Shown: positions 11,625 to 23,306, counted from the first letter of the stretch. The stretch: 64,000 nucleotides of DNA from Thiohalophilus sp. (GCF_046483665.1 NZ_JAWOCR010000013.1:4129-68128), one strand, 5' to 3'. Numbers and translations: made by a program. Notes: generated by a model from the letters alone, not told the origin.

Positions 11625-12705
11625 GCATCACCTCCAGGCAGTGTTGCCCTACCAGCCGGGTTGCATCCGGCATAGCCTGCTGTCGTGCCTGCTGAGCCAT
11701 CGATAGCAGCTTTTCTCGACCCTGTTCAAGTAACTCACGCAATACCGAGGCCAGTTGTTCGCCTGTAAAATTTGCGGCAGAGATCACTCTCGCCGCATCC
11801 GCCCGTTGCAGGTATGCTGCATTGGCGGTTTGATGGTCATCCACCGCATAAGGATAGGGGACAAGTACCGAACCCACTCCGGCCGCGGCCAGTTCCGACA
11901 CGGTCAGTGCTCCGGCACGGCAAATCACCAGATCCGCCCAGCCTAATGCCGCGGCCATGTCATCGATAAACATCGTAATCTGTGCTTTGACACCGGCTCT
12001 GTTATAAGCATCCTGTGTGGCTTCCAGTTTTTCGCGCCCGGCCTGATGCTGTATGGCCACCGGGATATCGGCAGCTAGCTGTGCGATTGCCGCCGGCACG
12101 GTTTCATTGAGCGACTGCGCACCAAGGCTGCCTCCGATGACCAGTATCCGGATCGCTCCTCCATGGGTGGCGAAACGTTTTGCCGGTTCATCGAGCGCGA
12201 CAATCTCTCGACGAATCGGATTGCCGGTATGTAACGCCCGATGTTTCCCGAAACTGTCCGGGAAGGCCTCCATTACCTGCAGAGCCAGATATGAAAGCAG
12301 GCGGTTGGTCAATCCGGGAATGGCATTTTGTTCGTGAATCAGTAACGGCCGGCGCAACAACCAGGCAGCGAGGCCACCTGGCCCGGTAACAAATCCACCC
12401 ATCCCCAGAACTGCATCAGGTTTCAGCCGTAGACAGATAATCAGAGCCTGCGCCAGGGCATAAAACAGTTTGAACGGAGCCAGCAGCAATCCTGGCCATT
12501 TTTTGCCTCGCAGGCCACTGACTGAAATAAAGCGGATATTAAAACCTGCCTGGGGAACAAGCTGTGATTCCATACCCCGCCGGGTTCCGAGCCAGATAAT
12601 TTCGATACCCTGCTCCTGCAAATAGCGAGCAACCGCCAGGGCCGGGAAGACATGGCCCCCGGTCCCTCCGGCCATAATCAATATACGTCGGGAGCCGTGT
12701 TTCAT
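11617..12705 (-). CDS. murG: Undecaprenyl-PP-MurNAc-pentapeptide GlcNAc transferase
   Basis: [38 protein letters not shown]. Confidence 0.99.
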   Translation of the reverse strand: MKHGSRRILIMAGGTGGHVFPALAVARYLQEQGIEIIWLGTRRGMESQLVPQAGFNIRFISVSGLRGKKWPGLLLAPFKLFYALAQALIICLRLKPDAVLGMGGFVTGPGGLAAWLLRRPLLIHEQNAIPGLTNRLLSYLALQVMEAFPDSFGKHRALHTGNPIRREIVALDEPAKRFATHGGAIRILVIGGSLGAQSLNETVPAAIAQLAADIPVAIQHQAGREKLEATQDAYNRAGVKAQITMFIDDMAAALGWADLVICRAGALTVSELAAAGVGSVLVPYPYAVDDHQTANAAYLQRADAARVISAANFTGEQLASVLRELLEQGREKLLSMAQQARQQAMPDATRLVGQHCLEVMHV

Positions 12706-13910
12706 GCACGCCTCCCTGCAGGCATCGGATTACGACGATCATATTTACGGGTTTCGTAGTCAATGCGCAGCAACAACGCGATGGCTACACACATGACCAG
12801 CAAACTGCTGCCACCGTAGCTCATCAGAGGCAAGGTCAGGCCCTTGGTAGGCAAGACACCCATATTGACACCAATATTGATAAACGACTGCAGACCAATC
12901 CAGATACCAAGGCCGTACGCGACATAACCGGAGAACGGTTGCTCGCGTTTCTCGGCACGCCGACCGATACTCAGCGCCTTGAAGACCAGAAACAGATAAG
13001 CCAGGATAACCAGTATCACCATGAACAATCCAAGCTCCTCGGCCATCACAGCAAACAGAAAGTCGGTATGCGCCTCCGGCAAATAAAACAGTTTCTGAAT
13101 ACTCGATCCCAGGCCAACACCCAGCCATTCTCCGCGGCCGAAGGCGATCAATGCCTGAGTCAGCTGAAAACCGCTGTCATAGGGATCGGCCCAGGGATTG
13201 AGAAAGGTGGTCAGACGCTGTAATCGATACGGCGAAGTCAGGGCGAGCAGGGCCAGCGCCCCGGCCAGCGACATCAGCAATAGCATAAACTGGCTCAGAC
13301 GTACTCCACCGAGCCACATCATGCCGAAAGCAGTCAGGAACAGCACCACCACCGCACCATAATCCGGCTCCAGCAACAGCAGCAGTCCAAGCAAAGTCAA
13401 TAACACCAGAGGCCGCATAAAACCCATTACACGCGAGCGAACCTCGCCATGATGGCGAACCAGATATCCGGCCAGATAGATAACCGAAAACAACTTGACA
13501 AGCTCGGAGACCTGTAAAGAAAGCGGGCCAAGCATGATCCAGCGCTGACTACCGTTCACTTCACGGCCCAGCCCGGGGACAAACACCAGCATCAGTAAAA
13601 AAATGCTTAACAAGATTAATGTCAGACCACTCTTTTCCCAGGTTTCCAGGGGTATGCGCAAAACTACCGCCGCAATCAGCAAGCCCAATGCCATATAGGC
13701 AAACTGTCGCCAGAAAAAATAAAAAGGATCGTCAACCATTTTATCGGCAATGGAGGTCGACGCGGATCCAACCATGATCAGCCCCAGGCCCAACAAAAAC
13801 AAAGCAACCCCTAGAAGTTGTTTATCAAGAACAGCAAAAAGCCGTACCTGCTCGCTCTTTCCACCAGCTTTGCTGAACAATTTTTTGACAGGGCTCGCTA
13901 AAATCATCAC
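12702..13910 (-). CDS. ftsW: Peptidoglycan polymerase FtsW (SEDS)
   Basis: Multi-TM; LQVSELVK, EPDYG, LPEAHTDF, LPLMSYGGSS. Confidence 0.98.
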   Translation of the reverse strand: MMILASPVKKLFSKAGGKSEQVRLFAVLDKQLLGVALFLLGLGLIMVGSASTSIADKMVDDPFYFFWRQFAYMALGLLIAAVVLRIPLETWEKSGLTLILLSIFLLMLVFVPGLGREVNGSQRWIMLGPLSLQVSELVKLFSVIYLAGYLVRHHGEVRSRVMGFMRPLVLLTLLGLLLLLEPDYGAVVVLFLTAFGMMWLGGVRLSQFMLLLMSLAGALALLALTSPYRLQRLTTFLNPWADPYDSGFQLTQALIAFGRGEWLGVGLGSSIQKLFYLPEAHTDFLFAVMAEELGLFMVILVILAYLFLVFKALSIGRRAEKREQPFSGYVAYGLGIWIGLQSFINIGVNMGVLPTKGLTLPLMSYGGSSLLVMCVAIALLLRIDYETRKYDRRNPMPAGRRA

Positions 13911-15286
13911 AGGCTCCTGACACTCTTGGTAAATGCTTCACCACGCTGTTCAAAGCCGCTAAACAGATCAAAACTGGCACAGGCGGGAGACAGCAACACG
14001 GTGTCCCCGGTCTGAGCAAGTACCACCGACTTGTTAACCGCATCCTGCATCGAACTGGCATCTTCGATTTTCACCAGACCTGCCAGTTCCTGTTGCAACA
14101 AGGGGGCATCTTCTCCTATTAACACGACGGCTCTTGCCCGACGCGCAATCACGTCTCGCAAAGCCCTAAAATCCTGCCCTTTCCCCTGTCCTCCCAGGAT
14201 GACTACCAGCTTCTCGCCCGGCACGCCCTGGATAGCCGCTATTGCTGCCCCCACATTGGTGGCCTTTGAATCATTAATCCAGGTTACTCCTGCTTTTTTC
14301 CGAACCCACTGGCAACGGTGTGGCAAGCCTGCAAAATCCCTTAATGCCTCGAGCATGGCAGGAAGCGCCAGCCCTGCAGCCTCACCCAGTGCCAGTGCCG
14401 CCAGGGCATTGGCCAGATTATGTTCACCTGTAATTTTCAGTTCATCGCAGGCGATCAACGCCTGTTCACCTCGACATAACCAACGCTCATTCTGTTGCAC
14501 GCAAATTCCATACTGATCAGCTTTCGGCATGTCGAGACTGAAACTGATCAGTTTGCGGCCAGCGGCAAACAGTTGTGCTGTGGCCATCACATGTTCATCG
14601 TCGGCATTGACCACCAGTATGCCGGAACCATAGAAAATTCGTGCCTTGGCAGCGGTGTAATCCGCCAGTGTGTCATACCGGTCCAGATGATCCTCGCTAA
14701 TATTCAGTAACACTGCCGCGATTGGATCGAGCGATTCGGTCGTTTCAAGCTGAAAGCTGGAGAGCTCCAGTACACAAACCTGGTTATCTTCCCGCAACAG
14801 ATCCAGTGCCGGTGTGCCGATATTGCCGCCGACGCCCGCCTTGATACCGGACCGGTTAAACATTTCACCGACCAGCGTGGTAACTGTGCTCTTACCATTG
14901 GACCCGGTAATCGCTATCACCGGAACATCAACGAACCAGGCGAACAGCTCTATATCGCCAATAATCCGGGCGCCCCTGGCACGGGCTTCAACAATTAAAG
15001 CTTCGCGCAGAGAGACACCCGGGCTCACGACAATTATATCCGCGCGACGAAACGCCAGCTCATCAAAACCGCCAAGGAATAAAGCCGTTTCTGGTAGCTC
15101 TTGCTGCAGCCTGGTCAGAAAAGGAGGTTCTGTGCGACTGTCGGTAATCGCAACATCAGCATCACAGGCAGATAAAAAATGCGCGCAGGAGAGTCCGGTC
15201 TTGCCAAGACCGACAATCAGGACTTTTTTGTCCTGTAGATACTCTGCTGCTTCCTTTGACTTCATTGTTATGTCCAGCGCCAACAT
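13907..15286 (-). CDS. murD: UDP-MurNAc-L-Ala--D-Glu ligase
   Basis: GLGKTGLS, ITGSNGKSTV, LELSSFQLE, NDSKATN, LLSPACASFD; true start may be a few codons downstream. Confidence 0.98.
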   Translation of the reverse strand: MLALDITMKSKEAAEYLQDKKVLIVGLGKTGLSCAHFLSACDADVAITDSRTEPPFLTRLQQELPETALFLGGFDELAFRRADIIVVSPGVSLREALIVEARARGARIIGDIELFAWFVDVPVIAITGSNGKSTVTTLVGEMFNRSGIKAGVGGNIGTPALDLLREDNQVCVLELSSFQLETTESLDPIAAVLLNISEDHLDRYDTLADYTAAKARIFYGSGILVVNADDEHVMATAQLFAAGRKLISFSLDMPKADQYGICVQQNERWLCRGEQALIACDELKITGEHNLANALAALALGEAAGLALPAMLEALRDFAGLPHRCQWVRKKAGVTWINDSKATNVGAAIAAIQGVPGEKLVVILGGQGKGQDFRALRDVIARRARAVVLIGEDAPLLQQELAGLVKIEDASSMQDAVNKSVVLAQTGDTVLLSPACASFDLFSGFEQRGEAFTKSVRSL

Positions 15287-15290
15287 GTTG

Positions 15291-16376
15291 TTAACGAATT
15301 TTCAAGGTTGCCAGACCGATCAAAACCAGAATGACAGTAATAATCCAGAATCGAACAATAACCCGGGGCTCCGGCCAGCCTTTTAATTCAAAATGATGAT
15401 GCAATGGTGCCATTCGAAATATCCGTTTTCCGGTCAGCTTGTAGGATAAAACCTGCAGAATGACCGAAAGGGTCTCGACCACAAATACCCCACCCATAAT
15501 AAATAACACCAGTTCCTGTCTGACGATAACCGCCAGAACGCCCAGTGCGGCCCCCAATGCCAACGCGCCGACATCGCCCATGAATACTTGAGCCGGGTAG
15601 GTATTGAACCAGAGGAAACCCAGCCCTGAGCCCACCAGAGCGCCACAGAAGATCACCAGCTCGCCGGATTCCGGAATGTTGGGAATTTGCAGGTATTCGG
15701 AAAAACCGGCGTGTCCGGAGGCATAGGCAAAAATACCCAGAGCCCCGCCAACCATTACCGTGGGCAGAATCGCCAGACCATCCAGCCCGTCAGTCAGATT
15801 GACCGCATTACTGGAACCGACAATTACGAAGTAGGTCAGCAGGACATAACTGACCATACCCAGTTCAATTGAAATACTTTTGATAAACGGCATTATGAGA
15901 TGGGTCTCAACCGGTAACGCTGTTTTGTAAAGATATATACCTACTGCAATAGCAATCACAGACTGCCAGAAGTACTTCCAGCGCGCCGCCAATCCTTTTG
16001 GATCTTTTTTGACGAGTTTTTTGTAGTCATCAATCCAGCCGATAACACCAAACAGGAATGTGACCAGAATCACCACCCATACATAATGGTTGGTCAGATC
16101 AGACCACAACAGAGTACTGACCGCGATCGCAACCAGAATCAGTGCCCCTCCCATGGTAGGCGTGCCGGCCTTGGTCAGGTGCGTCTGCGGACCGTCATCA
16201 CGAATTGGCTGCCCCAGATTGAATGTACTCAGGCGACGTATCATCGAGGGCCCTACCACCAGGGAGATTAACAGAGCGGTCAAAACCCCGAGAATCGCCC
16301 GCAACGTCAGGTAGTTGAAAACATTGAAGCCGCTGTAGAATTCCTGCAGGTATTGTGTCAAATGATAAAGCATCAT
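15291..16376 (-). CDS. mraY: Phospho-MurNAc-pentapeptide transferase
   Basis: [38 protein letters not shown]. Confidence 0.99.
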   Translation of the reverse strand: MMLYHLTQYLQEFYSGFNVFNYLTLRAILGVLTALLISLVVGPSMIRRLSTFNLGQPIRDDGPQTHLTKAGTPTMGGALILVAIAVSTLLWSDLTNHYVWVVILVTFLFGVIGWIDDYKKLVKKDPKGLAARWKYFWQSVIAIAVGIYLYKTALPVETHLIMPFIKSISIELGMVSYVLLTYFVIVGSSNAVNLTDGLDGLAILPTVMVGGALGIFAYASGHAGFSEYLQIPNIPESGELVIFCGALVGSGLGFLWFNTYPAQVFMGDVGALALGAALGVLAVIVRQELVLFIMGGVFVVETLSVILQVLSYKLTGKRIFRMAPLHHHFELKGWPEPRVIVRFWIITVILVLIGLATLKIR

Positions 16377-17755
16377 CCACCCCTGTCATTTTCTGCGGCA
16401 CACGCGTCAACAACACGTTCCATGTGCATCTGACGCGACCCCTTGACCAGCAGTGTGACATCCTGCTCAAGGTCGTTTTGTATTTGTTCTATCATTTCAG
16501 CATGGCTGTCAAAACAATAAGACGACTCGCCGAATGCCGTTGCCGTATGGCGCGCCAGGGCGCCAAGAGTATACAGACGTGCCACCCCGCTTTGCCGTGC
16601 ATATAAACCGGCATCTTCATGCATCACATCAGCCTCGCCTCCCAGCTCACCCATGTCGCCCAGAGCAAGATAGCGCTTGCCCGGAAATTCGCTCAATACA
16701 TCCAGCGCGGCATACAAAGAGGTGGGATTGGCATTATAGGTATCATCAATAAGACGACTTTCCTTGATACCTTCTTTCAACTGCAATCGCCCGTTAACCG
16801 GCGACAGACTTTCAAGACCCTGTTTGATTGCATGTAAGGGAATATTTATTGCTACGGCAGCGGCTGTTGCCGCCAATGCATTAAGCGCATTATGTTTACC
16901 CAGCAACTTGAGGCTGACGGCTACCTGACCCTGTCCGGTGGTAATGGTCAGTTCCTGCCCGGTCTGCTGGATCTGGATAGCGGCATTGACTTCCGGCTCA
17001 TCACCAAAGCCAAAACCAATAACTTGTCGATCGGCATTTAACTGTTTCCAGTAATCTGCATACTTATCTTCATAATTAACAATCGCGACACCATTATTGC
17101 CGAGCCCGGAATAAATCTCGCCCTTGGCCTGCGCGACGCCCTCGACACTGCCAAATCCTTCCAGATGCGCCATGCCGGCATTCGTAATTACCGCCACATC
17201 CGGTTGTGCAATACTTGTCAGGTAACCAATCTCGCCGTGATGATTGGCCCCCATTTCGATCACCGCAAAAGCATGTCGTTCATCAAGTTCGAGCAACGTT
17301 AAAGGCATGCCGATATCGTTATTCAGGTTGCCATATGTGGCCAGCACTGTTCCCTGGCAGGACAAAATCGCAGCTAACATCTCCTTGACGGTGGTTTTAC
17401 CATTACTACCCGTAATCCCGATTACTTCAACGGATAATTGCCGGCGCCATTGTGCCGCCAGCTGGCCCAGGGCGAGCCGGGTGTCCGGAACAATGATCCC
17501 ATTAATTCCCTTCACAGGTTTTTCTATCAAGCAGGCTACTGCGCCTTTTTCCATAGCCTCGCTAACAAAGTTATGCCCATCAAAATTCGGGCCCTTGAGC
17601 GCTATGAATAATTGCCCCGGTTTGATTTGTCGCGTATCTGTAGAGACACCACGAAAATCAACATCAGCGCCAGGATAATCAGCCCCCAGAAATTCTGCCG
17701 CCTGTGACAGACTCATGTGAATGCCCCGTGCAGTATTGTCTTCCCTGTATGCCAT
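16373..17755 (-). CDS. murF: UDP-MurNAc-tripeptide--D-Ala-D-Ala ligase
   Basis: [36 protein letters not shown]. Confidence 0.98.
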   Translation of the reverse strand: MAYREDNTARGIHMSLSQAAEFLGADYPGADVDFRGVSTDTRQIKPGQLFIALKGPNFDGHNFVSEAMEKGAVACLIEKPVKGINGIIVPDTRLALGQLAAQWRRQLSVEVIGITGSNGKTTVKEMLAAILSCQGTVLATYGNLNNDIGMPLTLLELDERHAFAVIEMGANHHGEIGYLTSIAQPDVAVITNAGMAHLEGFGSVEGVAQAKGEIYSGLGNNGVAIVNYEDKYADYWKQLNADRQVIGFGFGDEPEVNAAIQIQQTGQELTITTGQGQVAVSLKLLGKHNALNALAATAAAVAINIPLHAIKQGLESLSPVNGRLQLKEGIKESRLIDDTYNANPTSLYAALDVLSEFPGKRYLALGDMGELGGEADVMHEDAGLYARQSGVARLYTLGALARHTATAFGESSYCFDSHAEMIEQIQNDLEQDVTLLVKGSRQMHMERVVDACAAENDRGG

Positions 17756-19281
17756 TATGCTTCTAACCGCTTCAATTGCAGTTGTGCCTCGGCCAGATCA
17801 CTGAATGGCCGCATCTCATCGCCAACAATCTGGTTATTTTCGTGTCCTTTCCCGGCAATCAATATGACATCCTGTGATTCTGATCCCTGGATCACGGCCT
17901 CAATCGCTCTTTTCCGGTCCTGCTCAACATAAGCCCGATCCGGCATTCTCATACCTGCCAGGATCTGTTCGATAATATCGACGGGGTTATCATGCCGTGG
18001 ATTATCATTGGTCACGATCACCCGATCAGCATACTGCTCGGCAATCTTCCCCATTAACGGGCGTTTTTGTTTGTCTCGCTCTCCACCACAACCGAACACA
18101 CAGGATAAAGTACCTTTGGTGTGCTCGCGCAAGGCACAAAGAACATGCCGCAGCGCATCCGGCGTGTGTGCATAGTCAATCACAACCAGTGGAAGTTCAC
18201 CGCCGCCCAGTGTCTCCATACGACCACTGACCGTGCTGACATGAGCAAGCCGTTCCAGTGCTTCGTTAAAAGCCATTCCTCTGGCAAGCAGCACCCCCAG
18301 TGCAGCCATCAGATTGCTCACATTGAAGTAACCCAGTAACGGGGTTTCTATCTGCCCTTCCCCAAAAGATGATTTCACATCAAACCGCAAACCTTCCGGC
18401 AAGGCTTCTATCTTTTCCGCCAACAGCCCGGGTTCGTATTCCTTTTGTGTTCCGTAGCTAATCACCTTTACCGATCCATCAATAATCGCCAGCAGCTCGC
18501 GTCCGTAAGGATCGTCCTGATTGACTACCGCGGTTTTCAGTCCGGGCATACGAAACAATTTTTGTTTGACCGCCGCATAACTGGCCATATCACCGTGGTA
18601 ATCCAGATGCTCATGGGTCAAATTGGTAAATACTGCACAGTCAAACCGGATATTGTCGACCCGTTGTTGATCCAGCGCATGAGAAGAGACTTCCATGACG
18701 ACGCTGTCGGCACCCTGATCCCGCATTGTCGCCAACCAGTGGTGATTGGCGATCACATCCGGCGTGGTATGCCCTGATGCTTCGAGTTGCCCGTATAACC
18801 CCCGCCCGAGAGTACCGATCACCCCGCAGGCTTGCTTCTGACTCAGGCTCTGGGCCACAAACTGACTGCAGGAAGTTTTGCCGTTGGTACCTGTGATTCC
18901 GACTACAAATAGTTCAGCGGAGGGACTGGCATAAAAACGGTCGGCCAGCATTCCCAGCTTGCCGGACAGATTCTTGATCGCCACTACAGGGACTGTCTTA
19001 CCTGATTTCGAGGTTTGCCAGCCCAGCGGGGTGACAGCACCGTCGTCATTGCGCATCTCGCGCAATACGGCCGTTGCTCCGCGGACAATAGCCTGTTCTA
19101 TATAGTCTTCTCCGTTAACGCTCAGGCCTCTGCGTGCAACGAACAGAGAATCTTCGCTAACCTCACGGGAATCGGCAGTCATGTGCTTGAGTTCGTAATC
19201 CAGACTCGCCGGCACAGATATAATTCCGTCCAGCAATTTACCCAGAGTCATTACAATTTGTTTGACCTGTGCCGGCATCAT
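17755..19281 (-). CDS. murE: UDP-MurNAc-dipeptide--DAP ligase
   Basis: ITGTNGKTS, MEVSSHAL, DYAHTPDA, DNPR, AGKGHE. Confidence 0.98.
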   Translation of the reverse strand: MMPAQVKQIVMTLGKLLDGIISVPASLDYELKHMTADSREVSEDSLFVARRGLSVNGEDYIEQAIVRGATAVLREMRNDDGAVTPLGWQTSKSGKTVPVVAIKNLSGKLGMLADRFYASPSAELFVVGITGTNGKTSCSQFVAQSLSQKQACGVIGTLGRGLYGQLEASGHTTPDVIANHHWLATMRDQGADSVVMEVSSHALDQQRVDNIRFDCAVFTNLTHEHLDYHGDMASYAAVKQKLFRMPGLKTAVVNQDDPYGRELLAIIDGSVKVISYGTQKEYEPGLLAEKIEALPEGLRFDVKSSFGEGQIETPLLGYFNVSNLMAALGVLLARGMAFNEALERLAHVSTVSGRMETLGGGELPLVVIDYAHTPDALRHVLCALREHTKGTLSCVFGCGGERDKQKRPLMGKIAEQYADRVIVTNDNPRHDNPVDIIEQILAGMRMPDRAYVEQDRKRAIEAVIQGSESQDVILIAGKGHENNQIVGDEMRPFSDLAEAQLQLKRLEA

Positions 19282-21005
19282 GGATGCTCTCCCGCCGTTG
19301 TCTCTGTCAAATCAGCAAACTTGAATGTATTTGACTCGACATTATCCGGTGCAATATCAAACAGGCGTAACGCACCTCCCATCACCCGGGAGAAAACCGG
19401 AGCGGCCACCTGTCCCCCGTAATAATCCTCGCCAGACGGCTCATCGACGGTCACCACCATGGCAATGCGCGGATTACTGGCCGGCGCCAGTCCGGCAAAG
19501 ACTGAGATATATTTTTCCGCAGTATAACCATCCGACATGACTTTCTTGACAGTCCCGGTTTTACCGGCAACCCGATAACCGGGAACACTCGCGCGTGTTC
19601 CTGTGCCACCTTCATTCGTCACTGTCTCCAGCATGCGAACCATTATCCGGGCAACATCTTTATCGATAACTCGCGTACCTTTGACGGTTTCATTCACACG
19701 TACAAAACTGACCGGCTTGATTACACCTTGATTGGCAATCGCGGCATAGCCACGTACCAGTTGCAAGGGTGTGATTGCCATTCCGTAACCGAAGGCCATG
19801 GTAGCCTGCTCAATCTCACGCCAGTTGGATGCCGGGTTCAAAACACCACTGGCTTCACCGGGAAAACCACTACTGGTCATCATCCCGAACCCGAGCTTGC
19901 TGTAAACACGCCAGATTTGTTCTGCCTTCATGGACAGCGCCAGTTTACTGGCCCCGACATTACTGGACTTCTGGATGATACGGGTGAGGTTAATCCGTCC
20001 GTAGTTACGAATATCGCGAATGGTATTACGACCGACCTTATAATACCCCGGAGATGTATCGATTACGCTGCCGACGGTATATTTATCACTTTGTAGTGCA
20101 GCCACAACGGTAAAGGGTTTGATAGTCGAACCCGGTTCAAACACATCGGTTACTGCACGATTACGCATTCTGTAGCTTTGCAAATTATTACGATTATTCG
20201 GATTGAAAGCCGGTTGATTAACCATCGCCAGCACTTCACCGGTTTTAACATCCAGAATCACGGCCGAGCCGGACCTGGCGCGATTGTTGATAACCGCACG
20301 CTTGAGCTCGCGATAAGCAAGATATTGCAAACGGCGATCGATGCTCAGAGCCAGGTCTTTTCCGGGCTGCGGTTTTTTCAAAAGCTCCACATGCTTGACA
20401 ATACGCCCCAGCCGATCACGCATAACCCGCTGGCTGCCAGCTTCACCGCTCAACCATTTATTAAAGGCCAGTTCCAGTCCTTCCTGCCCCTGATCATCAA
20501 TATTGGTAAAACCGACCACATGCGCGGCCACTTCACCCATGGGATAATAACGATGATACTCGCGTTGCAGCGAAACTCCGGGTATACCGAGATCCATAAT
20601 CCGGTTTGCCAGAGCCGGCTCGACATGGCGTTTAATATAAACAAACTCACGATTGCTGCGTTTAGCAATGGTTTTGACCAACTTCTGCACATCGATATCC
20701 AGCATGTCGGCCAGCTGGCTCCATTGTGACCTGACCGAGACAAACTCCGCCGGATTCACCCATACCGAATCAACCGGAGTACTGATCGCCAACGGTTCAC
20801 CATGACGATCAGTCATCATTCCCCGATGAGCCGCCAGCGGCAATTCACGCAAATGGCGGGCATCTCCCTGGTTTTGTAAAAAAGCTTTATTCACCACATG
20901 CAGATCAACGGCGCGCCATAACAGCAACAGTGTGATCGACACTAAAGCCAGCATCACCATGATCAGGCGAAATACCGAAGCCGGATTGTAAACTTGCTGT
21001 TTCAT
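19278..21005 (-). CDS. ftsI: Septal transpeptidase PBP3
   Basis: SxxK (GSTIK), SxN (SSN), KTG; RGMMTDR dimerisation region. Confidence 0.97.
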   Translation of the reverse strand: MKQQVYNPASVFRLIMVMLALVSITLLLLWRAVDLHVVNKAFLQNQGDARHLRELPLAAHRGMMTDRHGEPLAISTPVDSVWVNPAEFVSVRSQWSQLADMLDIDVQKLVKTIAKRSNREFVYIKRHVEPALANRIMDLGIPGVSLQREYHRYYPMGEVAAHVVGFTNIDDQGQEGLELAFNKWLSGEAGSQRVMRDRLGRIVKHVELLKKPQPGKDLALSIDRRLQYLAYRELKRAVINNRARSGSAVILDVKTGEVLAMVNQPAFNPNNRNNLQSYRMRNRAVTDVFEPGSTIKPFTVVAALQSDKYTVGSVIDTSPGYYKVGRNTIRDIRNYGRINLTRIIQKSSNVGASKLALSMKAEQIWRVYSKLGFGMMTSSGFPGEASGVLNPASNWREIEQATMAFGYGMAITPLQLVRGYAAIANQGVIKPVSFVRVNETVKGTRVIDKDVARIMVRMLETVTNEGGTGTRASVPGYRVAGKTGTVKKVMSDGYTAEKYISVFAGLAPASNPRIAMVVTVDEPSGEDYYGGQVAAPVFSRVMGGALRLFDIAPDNVESNTFKFADLTETTAGEHP

Positions 21006-21268
21006 GGCTTGAGGATGATAACCTGTTTGTAGTCCAGTGGTTTCATGTTCAGTTTCTTTCGCGCAAGTTCCTCAATACGTCCATGCGTGGCCCAGGTGCT
21101 TTGTTCCAGCTGCAATTGTCCCCATTCAACATTCAGTTCATCCCGCGTCTGTTGGAGTTCGGTCAGTTCAACAAACAACTTGCGGCTATAATGCGTTGAA
21201 TACACAACCCCGATAGCCGAAGCAAGTACAGCAAAAATCAGCGGGATCACTAGCCATGCGGCTTTCAT
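21002..21268 (-). CDS. ftsL: Cell division protein FtsL
   Basis: 88 aa, TM plus coiled coil, WGQLQLEQST, between rsmH and ftsI. Confidence 0.95.
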   Translation of the reverse strand: MKAAWLVIPLIFAVLASAIGVVYSTHYSRKLFVELTELQQTRDELNVEWGQLQLEQSTWATHGRIEELARKKLNMKPLDYKQVIILKP

Positions 21269-22197
21269 GACAGCTTTTCCGCAACCCGCAATACAGCACT
21301 TCGCGCACGCGGGTTGGTTTTTACTTCCTGCTCGCTGGCCTGCTGCGCCTTACCTATCAACTTCATTTTGGGGTTGAGTTGACTCTGGGTAACCGGCATG
21401 TCGATCGGAAAATCATCACCTTTGCTCTGCTTGCGCATGAACTGCTTAACCCGACGATCTTCCAGTGAATGGAAACTGATCACGACCAGCCGACCACCCG
21501 CCACGAGCAGTTCGGTAACCTGCGACAGGCACTCATCCAGCTCATCAAGCTCATGGTTGATATAAATCCGAATCGCCTGGAATGCCCGAGTGGCAGGGTC
21601 CTTACCCTTTTCCCACGCCGGATTGGCGGCCGCGACAATTGCCGATAGCTGACCGGTCGTTGTGATCGATTGCTCACTTCGTGCAGCCACGATGGCCCGG
21701 GCGATCCGTTTGGCAAAGCGTTCCTCGCCATAATCCTTTAATACGCGGGCGATTTCCTTTTCTCCTGCCTCGGCCAGCCATCGAGCCGCGGTCGGACCGC
21801 GGCTGGTATCCATGCGCATATCCAGTGGCCCGTCCTTCTGAAAACTGAATCCGCGAGTAGCATCGTCGAGTTGCGGCGAGGAAACCCCGAGATCGAGCAG
21901 GATCCCGTCGACCTGATTCCAGCCCTGCCCGGCAATGTGGGGCGCCATATGGGCAAAAGAGTCCTGTACCATATGAAAACGTGAATCGTGAGAGAATCGG
22001 TCCTGTGCGATACGCAGAGCCTCGGGATCCTTGTCAAAGGCGAGCAGACGACCCTCGTCACCCAGGCACGCGAGTATGGCCGCACTGTGGCCACCGCGTC
22101 CGAAGGTGCCGTCGATATAACGACCGTCCGGTTTGATATTCATACCCCTTATCGCCTCTTCCAGCAGAACGGGCAAATGTTCCTGTTTGCCGTTCAT
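21265..22197 (-). CDS. rsmH: 16S rRNA m4C1402 methyltransferase
   Basis: HLPVLL, DGTFGRGGHS, DLGVSSPQLD, ISFHSLEDR, NPRARSA. Confidence 0.99.
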   Translation of the reverse strand: MNGKQEHLPVLLEEAIRGMNIKPDGRYIDGTFGRGGHSAAILACLGDEGRLLAFDKDPEALRIAQDRFSHDSRFHMVQDSFAHMAPHIAGQGWNQVDGILLDLGVSSPQLDDATRGFSFQKDGPLDMRMDTSRGPTAARWLAEAGEKEIARVLKDYGEERFAKRIARAIVAARSEQSITTTGQLSAIVAAANPAWEKGKDPATRAFQAIRIYINHELDELDECLSQVTELLVAGGRLVVISFHSLEDRRVKQFMRKQSKGDDFPIDMPVTQSQLNPKMKLIGKAQQASEQEVKTNPRARSAVLRVAEKLS

Positions 22198-22201
22198 GGT
22201 T

Positions 22202-22660
22202 TTATAAAGACAGTGTTTCCAGCTCAGCGGACAGTTCCGATTCCTCCTGGTTTTCCTGGGTAATCCATTGATCGCGCTGTTCGTTCCAGGTCTGCTCGTC
22301 CCAGATTTCGAACTTGTTACCTTGCCCGGTCAGGGCAATGCGTTTATCCAATTTGGCGAATTCACGAAGTGGTGGCGGGATAAGAATGCGGCCGTGACTG
22401 TCCAGCTCCAGCTCGGTGGCATGGCCGATCAGCAGGCGCTGCAGGCGACGGGCTGTGGCGTTGAGGTTGCCCAGCCGAACGAGCTTGCGCTCGATCTCTT
22501 CCCATTCGGGTAGCGGATACAACAGCAGGCACGGATCACTGCGATCGACAGTAATCACCAGTTGCCCGTCGGACTGCTCTAGTACGCCATCCCGATACCG
22601 ACTCGGCATGGCCATGCGGCCCTTGGCATCCAGGCTGAGTGTGTTGACGCCACGAAACAC
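22202..22660 (-). CDS. mraZ: Division/cell wall cluster transcriptional repressor MraZ
   Basis: [18 protein letters not shown] and [11 protein letters not shown] duplicated AbrB-like motifs. Confidence 0.98.
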   Translation of the reverse strand: MFRGVNTLSLDAKGRMAMPSRYRDGVLEQSDGQLVITVDRSDPCLLLYPLPEWEEIERKLVRLGNLNATARRLQRLLIGHATELELDSHGRILIPPPLREFAKLDKRIALTGQGNKFEIWDEQTWNEQRDQWITQENQEESELSAELETLSL

Positions 22661-22682
22661 GTTGGTTTCCCCAGGGACGAAA

Positions 22683-22707
22683 TCCCATTAATTCCCACAT
22701 TGATCCA
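22683..22707 (-). promoter_or_regulatory. Three MraZ-type binding repeats
   Basis: Minus strand TGGAT-caatg-TGGGA-attaa-TGGGA, with 10-bp period and 5-nt spacers, just upstream of mraZ. Confidence 0.75.
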
Positions 22708-22716
22708 CTTTGATAC

Positions 22717-22746
22717 ACTATAGGTAGCAATATGCCCGGCTGTCAA
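22717..22746 (-). promoter_or_regulatory. Sigma70 promoter of the mra/dcw operon
   Basis: TTGACA (22746-22741), 18-nt spacer, TATAGT (22722-22717). Confidence 0.75.
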
Positions 22747-22904
22747 GCAAACAGCGCCACAAAAGTGGGAATTCTTTCTTGTCTGACAGTAACTTAGCCA
22801 CGCTCAGGCATGGTGGGAGGGAAACAAAGGCATCTTTTGACGGAAGTTAGTATAACGGAAAAACAACAGGTTATAGAGGGGCGTTAATGTTAATTAATAA
22901 GAAA

Positions 22905-23256
22905 GAGTCGGCCGTTAAGCCGGGTTCTGTCGTGGACAGTCATTCATCTGGGATGCACGTCACCGCGCACCTCTAGCGACCTACCCGGGAACCGTGTGGG
23001 CCACACGTGGCCTTGCGGCCTGCTCCCCTATTTGGTCTTGCTCCGGATGGGGTTTACCCTGCCACCGGTGTTACCACCGGCGCGGTGCGCTCTTACCGCA
23101 CCATTTCACCCTTACCGGCCGCTTGCGCGGCTTGGGCGGTATATTTTCTGCGGCACTTTCCGTAGGCTCGCGCCTCCCAGGCGTTACCTGGCATCCCGCC
23201 CGATGGAGCCCGGACTTTCCTCCCCGCCAGAGGCGGAGCGACTGTCAGGCCGACTC
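22905..23256 (-). ncRNA. rnpB: RNase P RNA, bacterial type A
   Basis: P1 ends GAGTCGGCC/GGCCGACTC; conserved GAGGAAAGTCC near the 5' end and AGAACCCGGCTTA near the 3' end; canonical rsmI-rnpB-mraZ position; TATAAT at 23270-23265 upstream. Confidence 0.97.
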
Positions 23257-23306
23257 TTGCCGACATTATATAATAAGTATGTTCCTGACGGGGGATCGCT
23301 GGCTGA

